From a bacterium (GTDB lineage Bacteria; UBA8248): a stretch of 64,000 nt of DNA. The notes below the pieces were generated by a model. The model had not been told where the DNA came from, searched no databases, and worked only from the letters and a program-made list of their open reading frames with translations. A program made the position numbers and the translations under genes. The stretch lies in the NCBI GenBank assembly GCA_965207065.1, contig OZ242260.1, positions 2,944,001 through 3,008,000 on the forward strand. The letters are read 5' to 3'. Of this stretch, positions 58,868-64,000 are shown piece by piece (the first letter of the stretch is position 1; each line of letters starts with the position of its first letter).

Positions 58868-59647
58868 ATGGGCCGTTTCGATGGAGATGTCTGTATCGTC
58901 GCAGGTGGCGCCCGGGGCATCGGCGCCAAGACGTGTGAAATGTATGTGGAACAAGGCGGCCGGGTGCTCATCGGCGACGTGAACGAGGAACTGGGCGTCG
59001 AGTTGGAAGCCAGTCTCGGCAAGGAGAAGGCGGTATTTCAATCGCTCGACGTGACGGATGAGGCGTCCTGCCAGGCGGCGGTGGAGCGCGCGGTGGGCGA
59101 GTTCGGCGGCCTGAACCACCTCGTGAACTGCGCCATCAAGATGGACCCCGCCCCGCTGGTCGATCTGCCTCTGGCGAGCTGGAAAATGGTGGTGGACATC
59201 GGCCTCACGGGCATGTTTCTGATGTGCCAGGCGGCGGGCCGCTGGCTGATTGAGAACGAGAGGCCGGGCGTCATGGTGAATTTATCCTCGAACGCAGGGG
59301 TCCAGCCTTACGGGATGTCGGGCGCGTACAGCACGGTGAAGGCGGGCATCATCATGCTTTCCAAGCAGCTGGGCATCGAATGGGCGCGCAAGGGTATTCG
59401 TGTGAACGCCGTATGCCCGGGCCACACGGAAACGCCGCTCACCGCCTATCTGCAAGACCCCGAGATCAAAAAAGGCAGAAGCGACGTGACGCCCCTCGGC
59501 CGCGTGGGCCAGCCGGTGGATATCGCGCACGGCATTTTATTCCTGCTTTCCGAGGAATCCGACTGGATCACATCTTCGCGCCTCGACATCGACGGCGGCA
59601 TCCTGAACAGCGTCTACAATCACATGCCGGGCAGGAGATGGGACTGA
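58868..59647 (+). CDS. SDR family oxidoreductase
   Basis: AGGARGIG, NLSS, YSTVK, NAVCPG, DGG. Confidence 0.93.
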   Translation: MGRFDGDVCIVAGGARGIGAKTCEMYVEQGGRVLIGDVNEELGVELEASLGKEKAVFQSLDVTDEASCQAAVERAVGEFGGLNHLVNCAIKMDPAPLVDLPLASWKMVVDIGLTGMFLMCQAAGRWLIENERPGVMVNLSSNAGVQPYGMSGAYSTVKAGIIMLSKQLGIEWARKGIRVNAVCPGHTETPLTAYLQDPEIKKGRSDVTPLGRVGQPVDIAHGILFLLSEESDWITSSRLDIDGGILNSVYNHMPGRRWD

Positions 59648-59724
59648 AAACGGGTGATTGAGAAATTGGGCACGCCCTGCTAGGCTGTTGCCGTAGTTTC
59701 GACCGCCCCTGATGCGAGGCCGCA

Positions 59725-60156
59725 TTGAAGACAACCCCATTCTTGTTTCGCCCCGCTTACTGTCTCTCGGTCGTTGTTGCGGGCGCATTCTTTGCGCTTG
59801 CCTCCGTTTCGTCGACGCACATCGTGCGCGGCGCGGTGGGGGCCTCCGCCATCACCGCCGCCCTCGTTCTACAGCCATCCATTGTGGAAGCCAGGCGTTT
59901 CGGTGGGGGCCGTTCGTTCGGCGGGTTCGGGCGCATGCGCTCCTTCGGCGCGCGTTCGTTTTCGAGACGAGGCTATGGACGGGGCTACAGCCGGGGGTTC
60001 GCTGGCCGGCGCGGACTCGGCGGTTTCGGCATGGGAATGGGTTTGGGAATGCTGGGAGGATGGGGATTCGGCGGGATGGGTCTTTTCGGTCTGGGCCGGA
60101 TGCTGCTCTTTCCCCTCATCCTGATTTTCATTATGCGAATGATGTCACGACGTTAA
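59725..60156 (+). CDS. Gly/Arg-rich membrane protein (resembles N-termini of bacterial Tim44-domain proteins)
   Basis: Hydrophobic leader ending VEA-RRFGGGRSFG, Gly-zipper GMGLGMLGG, C-terminal TM segment; start uncertain. Confidence 0.6.
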   Translation: MKTTPFLFRPAYCLSVVVAGAFFALASVSSTHIVRGAVGASAITAALVLQPSIVEARRFGGGRSFGGFGRMRSFGARSFSRRGYGRGYSRGFAGRRGLGGFGMGMGLGMLGGWGFGGMGLFGLGRMLLFPLILIFIMRMMSRR

Positions 60157-60187
60157 AATTTTCCGTCACTGAACAAGGAGTTTCCAG

Positions 60188-60469
60188 ATGAAGAAATTCG
60201 CGATAGCAACTACGATGAGTCTCTTGACGCCCGCCGTGGCCCTCGCCCAGGGCGCGCCCCGTATGGGTATCGGCACGGGCCTGTTCCTTTCGATCGTCTA
60301 TGGCCTGGTCGGTATCGCTCTGTTGATGATCGGGTACAAGATTTTCGAGTGGATCACGCCCTTCTCGGTAAACGATGCGCTTTCGAAAGATCAAAACAGG
60401 GCGGTCGGGATCGTCGTGGGCGCGATTTTTCTGGGCGTGGCGGTCATCGTTGCGGCGGCTTTAGGGTAG
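60188..60469 (+). CDS. DUF350 family membrane protein
   Basis: YGLVGI.LL...YKIFEWITP......L..NRAVGIVVGA...G...I.AA; RBS aaggag. Confidence 0.85.
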   Translation: MKKFAIATTMSLLTPAVALAQGAPRMGIGTGLFLSIVYGLVGIALLMIGYKIFEWITPFSVNDALSKDQNRAVGIVVGAIFLGVAVIVAAALG

Positions 60470-60544
60470 TTGGGGATAAGTGTTGCTGCCTTTTTGACAC
60501 TGGCGTCGAGAACCTCTGACCGAGAGTGAAGAAGCGGGCCTGGC

Positions 60545-61249
60545 GTGATGACAAAACTCAAGGATAAAGCGGATTTCAGGGTGTCACTTGCCGATCCGCT
60601 TTTTTTCTCTTTACAGGGTGAGGGCGCGACCATCGGTCGACCGTCCGTCTTCATTCGTCTCATGGGCTGCTCTGTGGGCTGCGTGTGGTGCGACACGAAG
60701 TATTCCTGGTCGGGACCTCCGGTGGAGGAGAGATCGATTGCGGAAATCCTGGGTTTTTGTGAGGAACATGAAGGCGCCCAGGTGGTGGTGACGGGGGGAG
60801 AACCTCTGGAATCCCCGCAGTTCCCAACGCTAATTAAGGCCCTCCATGCTGCGGGCTTAAGGGTGGAGGTGGAAACGGCGGGTCACGTACCACCGTCTGA
60901 AGACCTCCTCGAACGGGTGGACCAGTGGAACGTCTCGCCCAAACTACAGTCGGCCCAAATCCCGGAGGAAAAACAGCCGACTACCCTCGACTGGCTGCGC
61001 CGAGCCAAAGAACCCTATCTCAAATTCGTGGTTCACCGGGCGGGTGAACTCGATGAAATCGAGGATGTTCTCGATCAGTACGGCTTTTGTGATTTTCCGC
61101 GGAATCGCATCATCATTTCGCCGGGAGGAAAAACGCGCGAGCAGATGGAGCACAGACTGTTCGCCCTGGCGGAGTCTTCAATGAATCGAGGCTTCCGGTT
61201 CACCCCCAGGTTGCATGTGATGTTGTGGGGGGACAAGCGCGGGGTCTAG
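60545..61249 (+). CDS. queE: 7-carboxy-7-deazaguanine synthase QueE-like radical SAM enzyme
   Basis: FFSLQGEG...GRPSVFIRL.GCSVGCVWCDTKYSW, VVTGGEP, VET.G, NVSPKL, TPRLH..LWG...G. Confidence 0.88.
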   Translation: MMTKLKDKADFRVSLADPLFFSLQGEGATIGRPSVFIRLMGCSVGCVWCDTKYSWSGPPVEERSIAEILGFCEEHEGAQVVVTGGEPLESPQFPTLIKALHAAGLRVEVETAGHVPPSEDLLERVDQWNVSPKLQSAQIPEEKQPTTLDWLRRAKEPYLKFVVHRAGELDEIEDVLDQYGFCDFPRNRIIISPGGKTREQMEHRLFALAESSMNRGFRFTPRLHVMLWGDKRGV

Positions 61250-61283
61250 CTTCCGGCTGCAGGGAATTTCGTAGTGTCCGATG

Positions 61284-61323
61284 AAAAGAAAACGCCCCCC
61301 GACATTCGCCGGAGGGCGCTTTT
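61284..61323. terminator. Terminator between convergent queE and aor (possibly bidirectional)
   Basis: A-run, stem cgccccccg/cggagggcg (G.U on the minus strand), T-run. Confidence 0.6.
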
Positions 61324-61339
61324 GATCTAGCTCAGTTGC

Positions 61340-63238
61340 TCAGGCGGGAAGGGCGATTCCCTCTTCCTCGGTGAGCCTGTCCCAATTCGCCTCGGTTCGT
61401 TTTTTGAGTTCATCCATGAATTCGCGTGTCATGAAGCTGGGCATTTTGACGTTTTCATTCGCCCCTTCATAGACGCGGGAGGGCACGTCGTATTCCTCGT
61501 CGGTATAGCCCACCTTTTTCTCCAGCAGGCGTCCTCTCAGGTAGGAACGCCGAATCGCCTGGTTCACGTCTTCTTCCGTCAACGAGACGCCGAACATATC
61601 GTTCAGGCTGTCGACGATATTCTCGTTGGGCGCGCCCGCGAATTTGCAAGTGCCGATGAGGTCGTCCCTCGTATAGTAGATGCCGTTCTGGATGGCGTTT
61701 TCCCAGTAATCGATGTCCGTCTGCTGGCCGTCGAGGATGAGGAGCAGGAACGTGCGCATGCTCATGTGGCCGCCTGCCAATGCCCAGGGGTAGCCGGGGT
61801 TTGTTTCGGGCAGATAGGCCGGGTATTCGAGGCCCTTGCCCTGCATAGCGAAGGATAGGTCGCCACACTGCTGGGCCAGACGCATGGTGCCCTGGGCCAG
61901 TTCTTCACACTCGCCCGCCGCTGCTTTGCGGATCAATTCATCCATCTTCCTGGCGTCGCCGAAGCGGATGTCGTCGAGCACGGGTTTGTCGGGGTTTTTC
62001 TCGTTCCACTCCATGGCGTAGCTTATGGTAGCGCCCAGGCTGATGGCGTCGTAACCCATCCGGTCGCCCAGTTCGACGAGATCCAGGGATTCTTCCGCAT
62101 CGTAGACGCCGCAGTTCGCCGTGATGAGGTCGAGCGGTTCATAGTCGAACTTGACCCTGAATTTTCCTTTTTTCGCCCGCCTGCCTTCGGCCGTCTCGCC
62201 CTCGGGCCTGTCGTAGATGTTTTTATGGCACGCGATGCCGCACTTGAAGCAGGATTCATCCTTGATGACGTAGGGTTCTTCAAAGCTGCCCCGGTACAGT
62301 TGAACGGCGTCATCGTTCCCCGGCGCCCAGAAGTTCCTCTCGGGCAGACAGCCCATGGGGTGGAGACCCGCGATGTTTCGCCAGGTTCCACCGCCGCCGT
62401 CCGCCTTATGGGCGTCTCGGTAGTTTTTGGAACCTGCGCCCCGTGAGATGACTTTGTTGGCCTCTTTGACGACATTCGTGACGGCGGCTTTGTCGTCTGG
62501 CGACTGCGCGACGATGGCGATGAGGTTTTTGGAACCCATCACGCCGCCGAAGCCGCCGCGTCCGCAGAACCTCGGCTTGCATTCCCTCGTTTTGAGCTGG
62601 TTTTCCGTGCTCAAGACAATGGACGCCATGCGGTTCGTCTCAAAATTCTCCCCCGGCGGGCCGATGACGGCGAAGTGCGCATCGTCGTATTCATCGGCGA
62701 GCGCCATCATTTTTTCATGCGAGTCTTGGCCCACAAGAGGAGAGGCGTCCACGAGTTCCAGGCTCGGCGGGCCGCCCAGGGTGTCGCTCTTGATAACCAG
62801 TGTGACGGGCTTCTCGCTCCTGCCGGTAAAGATGATTTCATCGATGCCCGCGCAGGCAACCTTGGTTCCGAATTTGCCGGAGCCTGCCGAGTACATAGCG
62901 GAAGGTGCGCCTGCGAGCGTGCTCTTGAGCGGACTGTAGCCGCCAAAGAACGTCCTCAGCCCCGTCATGAGGTTCGTACCAGAAAAACAGCCAAGTTCCA
63001 TGACGAGCGGGGCGGAAGGGGCATAGGGGTCAGATACGTCGTGATGGGAGAGGATTTTGAAAATCCTGCCGATCCCGCCCAGAAAATCCTCCAAATCCTC
63101 ACAGGATTTGTCTTCAATCGTGATATTTCCACTGTCCAGCTCAACGGTAGCGCTTCTATACTTGTAATCAGTTGCCGAGTTATTCCCGTTTCTGGCGTCT
63201 GTCCACATTTTTCTGCCTGCCTCCGATGAATATGCCAC
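61340..63238 (-). CDS. aor: Tungsten-dependent aldehyde:ferredoxin oxidoreductase family protein
   Basis: FLGG.G, SPL, IGPPGEN, GRGGFGGVMGSKNL, SCFKCGIAC, DYE, GYDAIS, KGLEYPAY, GTCKF. Confidence 0.88.
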   Translation of the reverse strand: MAYSSEAGRKMWTDARNGNNSATDYKYRSATVELDSGNITIEDKSCEDLEDFLGGIGRIFKILSHHDVSDPYAPSAPLVMELGCFSGTNLMTGLRTFFGGYSPLKSTLAGAPSAMYSAGSGKFGTKVACAGIDEIIFTGRSEKPVTLVIKSDTLGGPPSLELVDASPLVGQDSHEKMMALADEYDDAHFAVIGPPGENFETNRMASIVLSTENQLKTRECKPRFCGRGGFGGVMGSKNLIAIVAQSPDDKAAVTNVVKEANKVISRGAGSKNYRDAHKADGGGGTWRNIAGLHPMGCLPERNFWAPGNDDAVQLYRGSFEEPYVIKDESCFKCGIACHKNIYDRPEGETAEGRRAKKGKFRVKFDYEPLDLITANCGVYDAEESLDLVELGDRMGYDAISLGATISYAMEWNEKNPDKPVLDDIRFGDARKMDELIRKAAAGECEELAQGTMRLAQQCGDLSFAMQGKGLEYPAYLPETNPGYPWALAGGHMSMRTFLLLILDGQQTDIDYWENAIQNGIYYTRDDLIGTCKFAGAPNENIVDSLNDMFGVSLTEEDVNQAIRRSYLRGRLLEKKVGYTDEEYDVPSRVYEGANENVKMPSFMTREFMDELKKRTEANWDRLTEEEGIALPA

Positions 63239-63341
63239 ATGGAATTCTAGAGTTATATTATTTGCGATTGATTGTTTTTCTCAGCCCGTGATTATTCCGT
63301 GTTTTGCCTTGTTGGGCAAGCCGACGGACGTGGTAAGGATT

Positions 63342-64000
63342 TTAGAAAGCTACAGGCTCTTGAAATTCTCCAAAAACGCCACGGAGCACGTCCGTTATCT
63401 CCCCGATAGTGGCATATGCTTCCACCGCCTCGGAAATCGCCTCCATGAGATTCTCATCGCCTCGGGCGGCGTCTTCCAGGCGTTTGAGACTTAGTTCTGC
63501 CTGTGAAGTGTCTCGCTCTTTCTTCAATTTATTCAGTTGTTTCTTCTGACGCTCTTCAAGCGCAGGATCAATCGTGAATATTTCTTGTGCGGGAGGCTCC
63601 TCCCGCATATATTTATTTACGCCGACGATAGTCTGCTCATGTGCATCCACCGCTTTTTGCCAGCGGAAAGCGCTCTCTGCTATCCATTTTTGCACTACGC
63701 CTCTTTGAATGCACTCAACCATGCCGCCGCGTTCTTCCACGTCTTCAATAATTTGCGCCATTTCATTTTCCATGCTTGCAGTTAAATTCTCCAGATAATA
63801 TGAACCACCAAATGGGTCCGCCACATCGGGGACGCCGCTTTCATGGGCAATGATCTGCTGGGTGCGCAGGGCGAGAAGAGCGCTATCTTCGGTCGGCAAG
63901 GCCAGTGCTTCGTCATATGCACAAGTAAAGATGGTTTGGGCGCCTCCGAGCACGGCGGAAAGTGTCTCGTAGGTGACTCTGACGATATTGTTCTCGGGTT
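63342..64000 (-). CDS. B12-dependent acyl-CoA mutase large (substrate-binding) subunit, methylmalonyl-CoA mutase family; 5' part outside the window
   Basis: PENNIVRV, AVLGG, DEALALPTE, ALRTQQIIAHESG, DPFGGSYYLE, IVGVNKY, ATIGEI...LR.VFGE; ends without a B12-binding domain (split type). Confidence 0.9.
   Translation of the reverse strand, partial: PENNIVRVTYETLSAVLGGAQTIFTCAYDEALALPTEDSALLALRTQQIIAHESGVPDVADPFGGSYYLENLTASMENEMAQIIEDVEERGGMVECIQRGVVQKWIAESAFRWQKAVDAHEQTIVGVNKYMREEPPAQEIFTIDPALEERQKKQLNKLKKERDTSQAELSLKRLEDAARGDENLMEAISEAVEAYATIGEITDVLRGVFGEFQEPVAF

Noticed and set aside
59725-61249. RiPP cluster (Gly-rich precursor plus radical SAM maturase)
   Set aside because: The radical SAM protein is a short canonical QueE with no SPASM or RRE domain, and no peptidase or exporter is adjacent.
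1-64000. CRISPR array, cas genes, rRNA, prophage
   Set aside because: No regularly spaced repeat-spacer array or matching gene motifs were seen; the repeats found are palindromic or two-copy.

Overview
A 64 kb stretch of a GC-rich bacterial chromosome. The organism is probably diderm and heterotrophic; its taxonomy cannot be fixed from this window. It is dominated by catabolic and transport genes: a threonine-synthase-like PLP enzyme (partial), a divergent M24-family hydrolase, a divergent LeuC/LeuD-like aconitase pair, propionyl-CoA synthetase, an AtuA(DUF1446)/DUF4387/HD/racemase cluster facing an acyl-CoA dehydrogenase and a CoA ligase, a dipeptide-type ABC operon, form-II coxSLM, tRNA-Leu(UAA), two branched-chain-type ABC loci, a FitAB-like toxin-antitoxin pair, a disrupted outer-membrane beta-barrel gene, paired SDRs, QueE, a tungsten-type aldehyde oxidoreductase and a partial acyl-CoA mutase. 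The strongest structure not explained by the gene list: (i) a ~9.9 kb integrase-free island just after tRNA-Leu, bounded by a 57-bp direct repeat, with one binding protein, two complete LivHMGF sets and a YtkA/FixH-like Met/His-rich protein; (ii) a RAYT transposase cassette flanked by a ~105-bp duplication of a gene 5' end and leader, with a REP copy inside the RAYT coding sequence; (iii) GTTGAAAAA-ended MITE-like elements carrying different REP-like cargo, clustered at operon 3' ends. Family assignments come from motif recognition by eye; no database searches were run.
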